From a virus (Duplodnaviria; Caudoviricetes), in the IMG/VR virus record IMGVR_UViG_3300046744_000104, positions 1 to 31,551 of that record: a stretch of 31,551 nt of DNA, one strand, 5' to 3'. The position numbers and the translations under genes were made by a program. Below the pieces are notes generated by a model that ran no database searches, was not told where the DNA came from, and was given only the letters and a program-made list of their open reading frames with translations. Below are positions 16,839-25,472 of the stretch, piece by piece (within the stretch, counting starts at the first letter, position 1; the number at the start of each line of letters is the position of its first letter).

Positions 16839-16892
16839 ATGCAAGTAACTTACGTATATCGTGGCATTGCTTACACAAAAATTGTGAAGTAA
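16839..16892 (+). CDS. DUF4278-type peptide (MQVTYVYRGIAYTKIVK)
   Basis: GGAG RBS; YRGxxY motif typical of peptides downstream of this riboswitch class. Confidence 0.8.
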   Translation: MQVTYVYRGIAYTKIVK

Positions 16893-16897
16893 TAACA

Positions 16898-16993
16898 GCA
16901 CGGGGAGCACCTCAGAGTCGGACTCCCCTGCCCTTGGCAAAAGCCCAGTACGCTGGATACCTTTAGCCGTCTAGACGGTAGGGATAGACCTAC
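16898..16993 (+). promoter_or_regulatory. Structured RNA element in the capsid gene leader
   Basis: Stem GGGGAG/CTCCCC; CCAG-TACG-CTGG hairpin inside a GGC..AAAG/CTTT..GCC stem; palindrome CCGTCTAGACGG; GTAGG/CCTAC pairing. Confidence 0.55.
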
Positions 16994-17052
16994 AAAATCT
17001 CGAGAAAAAAATTTAGTACTAAGCAATATCAATCTTTTTTTAATCCATATCA

Positions 17053-18222
17053 ATGGCACAACAATCAACTAATGACCCAGCAAGTCTTACACGGACGGGT
17101 CAATCTAATGCAACTGGTAACGCCAGAGCATTATATTTAAAGTTGTTCAGTGGAGAGATGTTCAAAGGCTTCCAGCGTAACACAATCGCTAGAGACCTTG
17201 TAATGAAGAGAACACTTACTAACGGTAAGAGTCTTCAGTTCATCTACACTGGACGCACAAAAGCCGAGTATCATACACCCGGTAACAGCATACTAGGTAA
17301 CTCCGATGGAGCACCTCCAGTAGCTGAAAAGACAATTACATGCGATGATTTATTAATCAGTTCAGCATTTGTCTATGAGCTAGACGAGACATTAGCACAC
17401 TACGATCTACGTGGTGAGATCTCTAAGAAGATTGGCTATGCTCTAGCTGAGAAGTACGACAGACTCATCTTCCGTCAAATTGCGAAGGGAGCTAGAGTTG
17501 CTTCACCAATCACTAAGTCAGGCTTTGTTGAGCCCGGTGGAACACAGATCAGAGTAGGTGCAAACAACCAAGCATCTGATGCTTATGTACCAGCTTCACT
17601 AATAAACGCTTTCTACGATGCAGCCGCTGCACTAGATGAAAAAGGAGTTTCTAATGAAGGTAGAGTAGCTGTGTTGAACCCAAGACAGTACTACGAACTA
17701 ATACAAAACGTTGGTTCTAGTGGTCTTATCAACAGAGACGAGTCTGGTGATGCACTACAGTCTGGAAACGGCATCATTGAAATTGCAGGCATTAAGATCT
17801 TCAAGTCAATGAACATTCCATTCTTCGGAAACTACGGTACTAAGTACGGTTCTGCATCTGCAACTAACCCCGGTATCACAAGTCCCGGAAACGTAGGTTC
17901 ATTTATCGGTGAAGGAGCAGAAGACGGTAGAGCTTCTGTAACAGGTATTAACAATAACTATGGTAATACATCTGACTTTGCTAACAGCTGTGGCTTAATC
18001 TTCCAAAAGGAAGGTGCTGGAGTTGTAGAAGCTATTGGACCACAGGTTCAAGTAACTTCTGGAGACGTTTCAGTTGTATACCAAGGTGATGTAATCCTTG
18101 GACGTTTAGCAATGGGAGCAGATTTCTTAAACCCTGCTTGCTGTGTTGAACTAATTGCTGGTGCTGCTGTAGGTTCTACAGGTAACGCTGCATTTGGTGC
18201 TACATACCCAGAGAACGCTTAA
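17053..18222 (+). CDS. gp10: Major capsid protein (gp10)
   Basis: ALYLKLFSGE, GKSLQF, EKTITCDDLL, GYALAEKYDR and AMGADFLNP, typical of T7-like cyanophage capsids. Confidence 0.97.
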   Translation: MAQQSTNDPASLTRTGQSNATGNARALYLKLFSGEMFKGFQRNTIARDLVMKRTLTNGKSLQFIYTGRTKAEYHTPGNSILGNSDGAPPVAEKTITCDDLLISSAFVYELDETLAHYDLRGEISKKIGYALAEKYDRLIFRQIAKGARVASPITKSGFVEPGGTQIRVGANNQASDAYVPASLINAFYDAAAALDEKGVSNEGRVAVLNPRQYYELIQNVGSSGLINRDESGDALQSGNGIIEIAGIKIFKSMNIPFFGNYGTKYGSASATNPGITSPGNVGSFIGEGAEDGRASVTGINNNYGNTSDFANSCGLIFQKEGAGVVEAIGPQVQVTSGDVSVVYQGDVILGRLAMGADFLNPACCVELIAGAAVGSTGNAAFGATYPENA

Positions 18223-18243
18223 TCTCTATTTTATTTTTTATAC

Positions 18244-18269
18244 GGGGGCTTCGGCTCCCCCTTTTTTTT
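18244..18269 (+). terminator. Intrinsic terminator after the capsid gene (T-phi equivalent)
   Basis: GGGGGC-TTCG-GCTCCC hairpin followed by a T8 tract. Confidence 0.9.
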
Positions 18270-18884
18270 ATGGCTTCCACAACTATTGACCTCGATACCG
18301 AACTATCCGCAGTTAACTCAATACTGGGAGCTATCGGGCAATCACCATTGACTACTCTAAACTTTGATAATCCAGAAGTAGCAATGATTTACAACCTACT
18401 CCGTGATGCTAACGTAGACACGCAAGCAGAGGGGTGGCATTATAATACAGAACAACATATAAAATATGCACCAGATTCTATAACTGGTAAAATAGCTATA
18501 GGTAATGATATATTATCTATGGATCTACACGGCAACTACACCAAACGAACCTCAGACCTCGTACGTCGTAATGGATTTCTTTATGATAAGATGAAACATA
18601 CTGATGTTTTCACACAAGATCTAGAACTAGACGTTGTCAGATTATATAACTTTGAAGATCTACCTATTCCTTTTAGAAGATACATAACATACAGAGCCTC
18701 AAGAGTCGCTGCTACAAAGCTAGTTGCAAACCCTCAGCTAGTTAAACTACTAGCTCAACAAGAAGCATTATCAAGAGCTACACTTATGGAGTACGAATGT
18801 AACCAAAGTGATCATAGTATGTTTGGATTCGAGGAAGGATCTACTTATCAAACCTATCAACCTTGGACAAACCTTAGACGATAA
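18270..18884 (+). CDS. gp11: Tail tubular protein A (gp11)
   Basis: TELSAVNSILGAIGQSP, QAEGWHYN, FEDLP motifs. Confidence 0.93.
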   Translation: MASTTIDLDTELSAVNSILGAIGQSPLTTLNFDNPEVAMIYNLLRDANVDTQAEGWHYNTEQHIKYAPDSITGKIAIGNDILSMDLHGNYTKRTSDLVRRNGFLYDKMKHTDVFTQDLELDVVRLYNFEDLPIPFRRYITYRASRVAATKLVANPQLVKLLAQQEALSRATLMEYECNQSDHSMFGFEEGSTYQTYQPWTNLRR

Positions 18885-21655
18885 TGGCAAGCATAACACA
18901 AACTATCCCTCAATATTCACTAGGAATGTCAGAACAGCCTGACCAGCTAAAGTTTCCCGGTCAGGTATCAGAGGTAACAAACGCAATACCAGACATAACT
19001 AAAGGTCTATTTAAAAGACCGGGTGCTAAAAGAGTAGGCACTAACGCACTTTCTAGTGTACAGAGTGGAGGTTCGTGGTTCCATTACTTTCGTGATGAGA
19101 CAGAAGGATCTTACATAGGACAGGTAGCTGCTGATGGTCAAGTCAGAGTATGGCGTTGTAGCGACGGTACACTGATGACTACAGCTTACGGCACAGGTGG
19201 TCAGACAGCTATACAAAACTATTTAGCTACAAGTACACCAGAAAACTTACAATTCTTAACAATTAATGATACAACTTTTGTTACCAATCGTGATACTACT
19301 AACTCTAACACTCTCGTTGGGTCAACGGGAACTACAGATGCTACACCAGATGCTCACTTCGGTTTCGTAGAATTACTACGTACAGAAAACGGTAGACAAT
19401 ACGGTCTTAATATTAACAACGGTGCTACAGTCACAACTGTTACACGTGCTACACGTATTAAAATACAGAGTGATACATTAGATGAATCAGACGGTACAGG
19501 GCATTGCCCCGGTATAGGTACTCAGGTATTTAGTGTAGACTCTGGTAGTAAGAAAAACTTAATATTTAGAATTAACGCTCTAGGTCAACAAGGTGTAAGC
19601 CCTAACTACAGTGCTAGTCAAAACGGCCCCGGTGGTAGTAACTACAGATGTAGCTACAACAGAGAGGTTGTTTTACTACATGGTGGAGAAGGCTGGGTTA
19701 CTGGTGATACAACTACTGTAACTTTAGATTCTGCCTCTACTAGCTACAACTATACTATACGTGTAGAAGACCACGAATCTACTCAAGTTAATGCTACAGT
19801 ATCATCTAATGGTGATGGTCTTGTACGACCCGAGCCTACCCCTTTTGATGCTGATACAGCTGTTACTGCTGACACTATTGTTGGTGGTATTATAGCTGAG
19901 TTACCATCAGGTGTTACAGGTAAACACATAGGTACAGGCATATATCTTTCTAGCTCTAATCCATTTAGTGTAGAGGTTGTTGAAGAAGACTTGATGCGAT
20001 GCTTTCAATCTTCGGTTAATGACGTACAAAACCTACCTAACCAATGTAAACATGGATATATTGTAAAGATTGCTAACTCTAGAATGTCAGACGAAGATGA
20101 CTATTATCTAAAATTTGAAGGTGCAAATAATAGAGACGGTGTAGGGTCATGGTCTGAATGTGCAAAGGCTGGTATAGCTAAGACACTAACAAACATGCCA
20201 CTAGTTATACAGCGTACAGCTACAACTACGTTTACTATTAAACAGTTTACATATCAAGATAGAAGAGTAGGTGATGATACAACTAACCCGATGCCCTCTT
20301 TTGTAGGTGCACGTATTAATAAAGTATTATTTTTCCGTAACAGATTAGCACTGCTATCAGGTGAGAATGTAATAACGTCACGCCCGGGAACCCTTGGTAC
20401 ACCTGACTTTTTTGTCGAAACAGCCTTGACTGTATCTGCTAGTGACCCTGTAGATATATCAGCTGCATCTATGTTTCCGTCAGAACTATTTGATGGGATA
20501 GAAGTAAACACAGGTTTGGTAGTATTTAGTACAAACCAACAATTCTTACTTGCATCAGATGATACAGTATTTAACCCTGATACCGCAAAGCTGCGTAGTA
20601 TATCTACGTTTAACTATAACGAAACTTTACCCCCAATATCTCTAGGAACGACACTTGCATACGTGGATAACTCTGGTAAGTTTAGTCGATTTAACGAGAT
20701 GGCTAACATACAACGTGAAGGGGAGCCAGCTATAGTAGAAGTTACTAAAGTTGTACCAACACTGTTACCAAAAGATATAGACTTACTAACAAACTCTAGA
20801 GAAAACTCTGTAATATTATTAGGTAAGACAGGCTCAGACGAGGTATTTGGCTACAAGTATTTCCAAGTGTCTGAGAAACGACAGCAAGCTGCATGGTTTA
20901 AATGGAAACTAAATAATCCATTGACATATCATTTTATTATTAATGATGAGTACTTCTTTTTAGATAGTGATTACTATTTACAAAGTATAAAGCTAGTGCA
21001 AACTGAAACAGACCCTTCTATTGTACAAGATACTGTAGACTTTTTATTACATGTAGATAACCATACTACTGTAAGCGGTGGTAGTTTTAATGCTACTACA
21101 AACTTAACTACCTTTTCTAGTGTTAGTTGGTTAAATACAGTCACTACACCTAACCACGATTTAGTTGTAATAGATACAGATACTAACTCTGCACGAGTTG
21201 GTAGATATGCAAAGCCTACAGTTAGTGGTACAAATTTTACTTTACCCGGTAACTGGTCTAGTGCTACACTTACAATAGGTTACATCTATCCGTACGAAGT
21301 TAAGTTTCCTACATTCTATGCAACAAGGCAGAGTGGTAATTCTACTGTATCTGATATAAACTCATCACTTGTACTACATAGACTTAAGTTCCACTTTGGT
21401 AAGATAGGTCTATATGAGACCACACTTGAACGTGTAGGTAAAACTGATTATACAGAAGTATACGAGTCTACAGAACTAGACGAGTACGACGCATCTGATG
21501 CACCGTATCTTGAAGAGTTTATTAAGACTGTACCTGTATACGAAAAGAATACAAACGTAGATGTCACGCTACGATCCTCGCACCCAGCTCCAGCTACATT
21601 ACGTGCTGTATCTTGGGAAGGCGATTACTCCCCCAAATATTATAAACGTGTCTAA
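18884..21655 (+). CDS. gp12: Tail tubular protein B (gp12)
   Basis: GMSEQPD, GLFKRPG, PSFVG...FFRNRL, AWFKW; 923 aa. Confidence 0.93.
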   Translation: MASITQTIPQYSLGMSEQPDQLKFPGQVSEVTNAIPDITKGLFKRPGAKRVGTNALSSVQSGGSWFHYFRDETEGSYIGQVAADGQVRVWRCSDGTLMTTAYGTGGQTAIQNYLATSTPENLQFLTINDTTFVTNRDTTNSNTLVGSTGTTDATPDAHFGFVELLRTENGRQYGLNINNGATVTTVTRATRIKIQSDTLDESDGTGHCPGIGTQVFSVDSGSKKNLIFRINALGQQGVSPNYSASQNGPGGSNYRCSYNREVVLLHGGEGWVTGDTTTVTLDSASTSYNYTIRVEDHESTQVNATVSSNGDGLVRPEPTPFDADTAVTADTIVGGIIAELPSGVTGKHIGTGIYLSSSNPFSVEVVEEDLMRCFQSSVNDVQNLPNQCKHGYIVKIANSRMSDEDDYYLKFEGANNRDGVGSWSECAKAGIAKTLTNMPLVIQRTATTTFTIKQFTYQDRRVGDDTTNPMPSFVGARINKVLFFRNRLALLSGENVITSRPGTLGTPDFFVETALTVSASDPVDISAASMFPSELFDGIEVNTGLVVFSTNQQFLLASDDTVFNPDTAKLRSISTFNYNETLPPISLGTTLAYVDNSGKFSRFNEMANIQREGEPAIVEVTKVVPTLLPKDIDLLTNSRENSVILLGKTGSDEVFGYKYFQVSEKRQQAAWFKWKLNNPLTYHFIINDEYFFLDSDYYLQSIKLVQTETDPSIVQDTVDFLLHVDNHTTVSGGSFNATTNLTTFSSVSWLNTVTTPNHDLVVIDTDTNSARVGRYAKPTVSGTNFTLPGNWSSATLTIGYIYPYEVKFPTFYATRQSGNSTVSDINSSLVLHRLKFHFGKIGLYETTLERVGKTDYTEVYESTELDEYDASDAPYLEEFIKTVPVYEKNTNVDVTLRSSHPAPATLRAVSWEGDYSPKYYKRV

Positions 21656-22088
21656 TTACATACACCCAATTACGATGGAGGCTGCCGCACAGGTTGCCTC
21701 TAATCTACGTCCAGATGACCGCAGAGAGGTCGAAGAAGGCCACGGGATACCATCCGCCCTTCTCCCTGTTTTGATGTGTCACAACCCATCCTACGTGTAT
21801 TTTACAGTGCCTGACGGCAAGACTGCTGGCATGGCTGGAGTAGGAGAAGAAGGTGATATATGGATGCTATGCACTCCTGATATACACCGATACCCAATTA
21901 CATTTGCAAGAGAGGCAAAGCGGTATGTCGATAGCCGACCTGAGCCCCTCCTTTGGAATATAGTTGACAGTAGAAACAAGGCACATTTAAAACTGCTAAA
22001 GTTTCTTGGTTTCAAGTTTTTACGTAAGTTAGAACATGGACCAAACAATATAACATTTATAGAATTTTGCCGTGTGCGTAGACGCTAA
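21648..22088 (+). CDS. gp13-like internal virion protein (acetyltransferase-like fold)
   Basis: Likely GTG start 21648; LRPDDRREV and LWNIVDSRNKAHLKLLKFLGF; T7 synteny. Confidence 0.75.
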   Translation: MSNYIHPITMEAAAQVASNLRPDDRREVEEGHGIPSALLPVLMCHNPSYVYFTVPDGKTAGMAGVGEEGDIWMLCTPDIHRYPITFAREAKRYVDSRPEPLLWNIVDSRNKAHLKLLKFLGFKFLRKLEHGPNNITFIEFCRVRRR

Positions 22089-22737
22089 TGCAGGGGCAAG
22101 AGCAGCCGCTAAAGAAAGAGCTGCTCAGAAAGATGCCCTATTTGCACAAGAAGGACTCAAGTTCTTCAACAAAGAAACACAACTAGCAAGAACACAAAAA
22201 AGAAATGTCGTAGGTTACTCACGTGATTTAAGTGATGCCTATGCTGGTGCTATTGCTGCCCAAGGTAAGGGTAGAAAACGAGTAGAAGCTGCTGCTCGTA
22301 AATATTTTAGAGCTAAAGGTACAGTAAACGAAGGTGGCAGATCTAGAAGGTTTGGCACAGCACAACTACAAGGATACCTCGCAGCTCAGTCAGAAGTCGA
22401 ATCAGTTATTGATAACGTGTTACGACGTAATATGGCATATGCTCAAGAAGGTGCTAAACGTAAGTTCCAATCTGCACAAGCTCAAGGTCGAGAAGCTTTA
22501 GGTATACCAGCTTCATATGGTGCACCTGTAATGATGCCTCCAACAAACAGATTAGGTGGTGCTTTACAAATAGCAAGTCAGGTAGCAAGTATTTACACCG
22601 GTTTTGGCGGTCAAGGTTTATTTAACTTTGGTGGAAGTAAAGGCTTTGACTTTGGTAAAACTGCTCTAGGAGCTGGAGGCGGATCAGTTGGTGGTATGGG
22701 TACTAGTCTAATGAATTACGGTCTTCCAACAGGATAG
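22072..22737 (+). CDS. Internal virion protein (gp14-like)
   Basis: MC start, Ala/Gly-rich; synteny. Confidence 0.7.
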   Translation: MCVDANAGARAAAKERAAQKDALFAQEGLKFFNKETQLARTQKRNVVGYSRDLSDAYAGAIAAQGKGRKRVEAAARKYFRAKGTVNEGGRSRRFGTAQLQGYLAAQSEVESVIDNVLRRNMAYAQEGAKRKFQSAQAQGREALGIPASYGAPVMMPPTNRLGGALQIASQVASIYTGFGGQGLFNFGGSKGFDFGKTALGAGGGSVGGMGTSLMNYGLPTG

Positions 22738-22748
22738 GATTTTAAATT

Positions 22749-25472
22749 ATGACATCATCATTCGGAAATCTCATAGGAAAAGAACGGGACGAAATACCCG
22801 GCTACGGTATAAAAAACTATGCAGAGACAGAGCCAGATCTAACAGACGTTGTTAATAAACAGATCGAGGCTAACCAACAAGATACCATCCAGTTTTATAA
22901 CGAGATGGCTCAGATACAGAAAGACATTGCGGAGACTCCCATGAAAAACTTGGAGTCTTTAGCAACTTTTTCTTCAAAAGCCAGTCAAGCTATACAAGTT
23001 TTTAAAGATCGTCAAGAGACACAAGACTTAATTAACGAGTCAATGGATTTCTTAGATCGAAACTCTACTGCTGACCTGTACGAAAAAGAAGGTAAGTTTG
23101 AGTTAGAAAACTCTAAGTTTGACAAACAGTTACGTAACGAAAAAGGTGAACTTAAAGAGTCTGCTCAAAACTTTTTAAGAGCTAGAAACATTGAAGTCCC
23201 AGCTGACATTGGTATTAAACAACTACTAAAAATATTAAATGAAAATGGCTACGGCTCTAGACAACAGTTTATAAACGAGAACGGTGGTCAAGACATTACT
23301 GATTCAGACGAGTATCTTGGTTTACATAACGCTGCTGATGAACTAATGATTACTAACTTGCTGCGTAGAGCAAGAGGTCTCGGAGTAGACACTAACAGCA
23401 GAGAATTTAGAAAGGCTTTTTATAATACTATCTACCCTGATATTAAGCAAAGAAGAGAAAACAATTTTCAGTCTTGGAAAGGTAACGCTAACAGAAACTT
23501 TGAAAGAATAAACAAGAAAAAAACTAGAGAGATTATTATTAAGACTCTTGAGCCATACTCAGAAGGTGCTAAGTTTGACGTAGATGTAATGACTCTTGTT
23601 GAGACTGTTAAAAACAGAATGAATTTTGATACACCTAGAGAAGCTATAGAGTATATATTTAGCGAGGTAGCCGCAGAAAGTGCTGAAGATGGTCGTAGAC
23701 TATTTCCAGAACATCTAGAATATCTTTATAATGGAGCTATATTTAAACACTCTGCTACTGGTAAATTAAGTACTATAGAAGAGGGCGACTTTCCATTTAA
23801 AGGTACTCTTAACTCTTTAATGCAAAATGCAGAAATAGAAAGAGCTAATGAAGTAGATCAAAGCAATAAAGCTGATGAAATACTGGCAAAAGATGAGTAT
23901 GCCAAGTTTCTAAGAGACAATCCAAACGGTGCACCACCTCAAGTAGAAGCTCAATTTTTACAAGACTTAGAAGCAAAGTATCCAAGTTTTGATGCAAGCA
24001 CATTAAATAGTGGATCTGGAAATACTGGTGGAGAGTATGATGGACAAGCTGGTAAACCAGATGCTAATAATCCGTACTATAAGGATTTAGAAACCGCACT
24101 TGTAGGTACGGGTACGGAAAAACTAACAATGACTAATGACCTTAGATTCCAAATAAATAAGGCATATGGTGACTTGCAACGTCGAGTAGCTAACCAAACT
24201 GCTGTTGGTGTTGAACCAGACGTAGCTCAAAGAAATGCGTACGATCAAGTTGAAGCTAACTTACTAGCAGGCAAGTATACATTGTCCTCAGTAGAAGACA
24301 GACAAGGTAGATCTATTAGCCCAAATGATATTCTTGATGACAGAAACCTTTTACAAGCTGATACAAATACAGTTAGATTTAATAATAAGTATAACTCTAT
24401 TGCAGAAAAGAAAGCACTGTTACAATATAAAGCTTATAAGTTATATGGTGATGTACCATTTCCAAACTATTTTAAAGGTATAGTTAAAGGCACTAAAATA
24501 AATGCTGAAGATCTTGCTGAAGATAGATTTACAGCTACAGGTGGTTATGATAGTACAGGTAATATTGCTCAAAGATTTTCTGTTAATAAAGATGGAATTT
24601 TAGTTGATAAACAGTTTGGACTTACTAAAGAAGAACTAAACGAGTTTAATATAAAACCACATCTAACTAAAACTAATATTAAAATGTTGCAAAACCCAGA
24701 GTTAGCAGACAAAGTATTATTAGGTTTTAGAAAAGAAGGTAATGAACTAGGCACATACCAACCAAACGTTGGCTTTGGTAAAAATAATGGTGATCAATTA
24801 ACTGTTGCTGAAGTTATAAAATTTTCTAAAAGAGGTTCTAGTAATTGGGGGGTCTTTGGATTTAGTTCACAAGAAATCTTAGAAGCTACAAAATCTGGTG
24901 CAATACCTAAAGATGCTTTGTTTGATGAAGAAATACAAAGTCAAATGGTATTTGAACTTCTTAGACAGCGTTCTAACAGAACCAACAGTATTAGAGGTGC
25001 AATTGTGCAAGCTAAAAGCGGTGGTGAGCAAACAATTTTTGAAGGCGACGAAGAGATTGGAAGATGGGATAGATTGGTAAACATGAACCCCGGTGAAGTA
25101 AGAGCAATTCTTAATACTTTTCCTATGTTAAGAGATATGCCTACAAATCAATTTCAAAATCTTACAGCTGGTGTAATTTTAGAAATAGAAGGCATAATTA
25201 AAAAAGAAGAAGCTCAAGATGATGCTGTTTCAAGAGTCCTAAGAATTGATAGACAGTTAGCATATTACAAAGACTTACAAGGAAAAGTAACTGAAGGAGA
25301 TACAGGTCCATTTGGTACACGTACTATATCCAAACTAGCTTCTAGATTTACTATATCGCAAGAACGATTAGAAGAAATAATAAAAGAGTTAGAAGGAAAT
25401 AGAAAAGTACTAGAAGATGCAAACCCTAATTTAGAATTATTAATTAAAAAATACAAACTAGAAAATGACTGA
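22749..25472 (+). CDS. Internal virion protein (gp15-like)
   Basis: 907-aa ORF in the gp15 position; AGGA RBS. Confidence 0.75.
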   Translation: MTSSFGNLIGKERDEIPGYGIKNYAETEPDLTDVVNKQIEANQQDTIQFYNEMAQIQKDIAETPMKNLESLATFSSKASQAIQVFKDRQETQDLINESMDFLDRNSTADLYEKEGKFELENSKFDKQLRNEKGELKESAQNFLRARNIEVPADIGIKQLLKILNENGYGSRQQFINENGGQDITDSDEYLGLHNAADELMITNLLRRARGLGVDTNSREFRKAFYNTIYPDIKQRRENNFQSWKGNANRNFERINKKKTREIIIKTLEPYSEGAKFDVDVMTLVETVKNRMNFDTPREAIEYIFSEVAAESAEDGRRLFPEHLEYLYNGAIFKHSATGKLSTIEEGDFPFKGTLNSLMQNAEIERANEVDQSNKADEILAKDEYAKFLRDNPNGAPPQVEAQFLQDLEAKYPSFDASTLNSGSGNTGGEYDGQAGKPDANNPYYKDLETALVGTGTEKLTMTNDLRFQINKAYGDLQRRVANQTAVGVEPDVAQRNAYDQVEANLLAGKYTLSSVEDRQGRSISPNDILDDRNLLQADTNTVRFNNKYNSIAEKKALLQYKAYKLYGDVPFPNYFKGIVKGTKINAEDLAEDRFTATGGYDSTGNIAQRFSVNKDGILVDKQFGLTKEELNEFNIKPHLTKTNIKMLQNPELADKVLLGFRKEGNELGTYQPNVGFGKNNGDQLTVAEVIKFSKRGSSNWGVFGFSSQEILEATKSGAIPKDALFDEEIQSQMVFELLRQRSNRTNSIRGAIVQAKSGGEQTIFEGDEEIGRWDRLVNMNPGEVRAILNTFPMLRDMPTNQFQNLTAGVILEIEGIIKKEEAQDDAVSRVLRIDRQLAYYKDLQGKVTEGDTGPFGTRTISKLASRFTISQERLEEIIKELEGNRKVLEDANPNLELLIKKYKLEND

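Noticed and set aside
16898-16993. tRNA or intrinsic terminator call for the pre-capsid stems
   Set aside because: No cloverleaf or T-loop motif, and no U-tract directly after the stems
18180-18243. T7 gp10B-style capsid frameshift extension
   Set aside because: No slippery heptamer seen near the capsid end, and the terminator follows within about 20 nt
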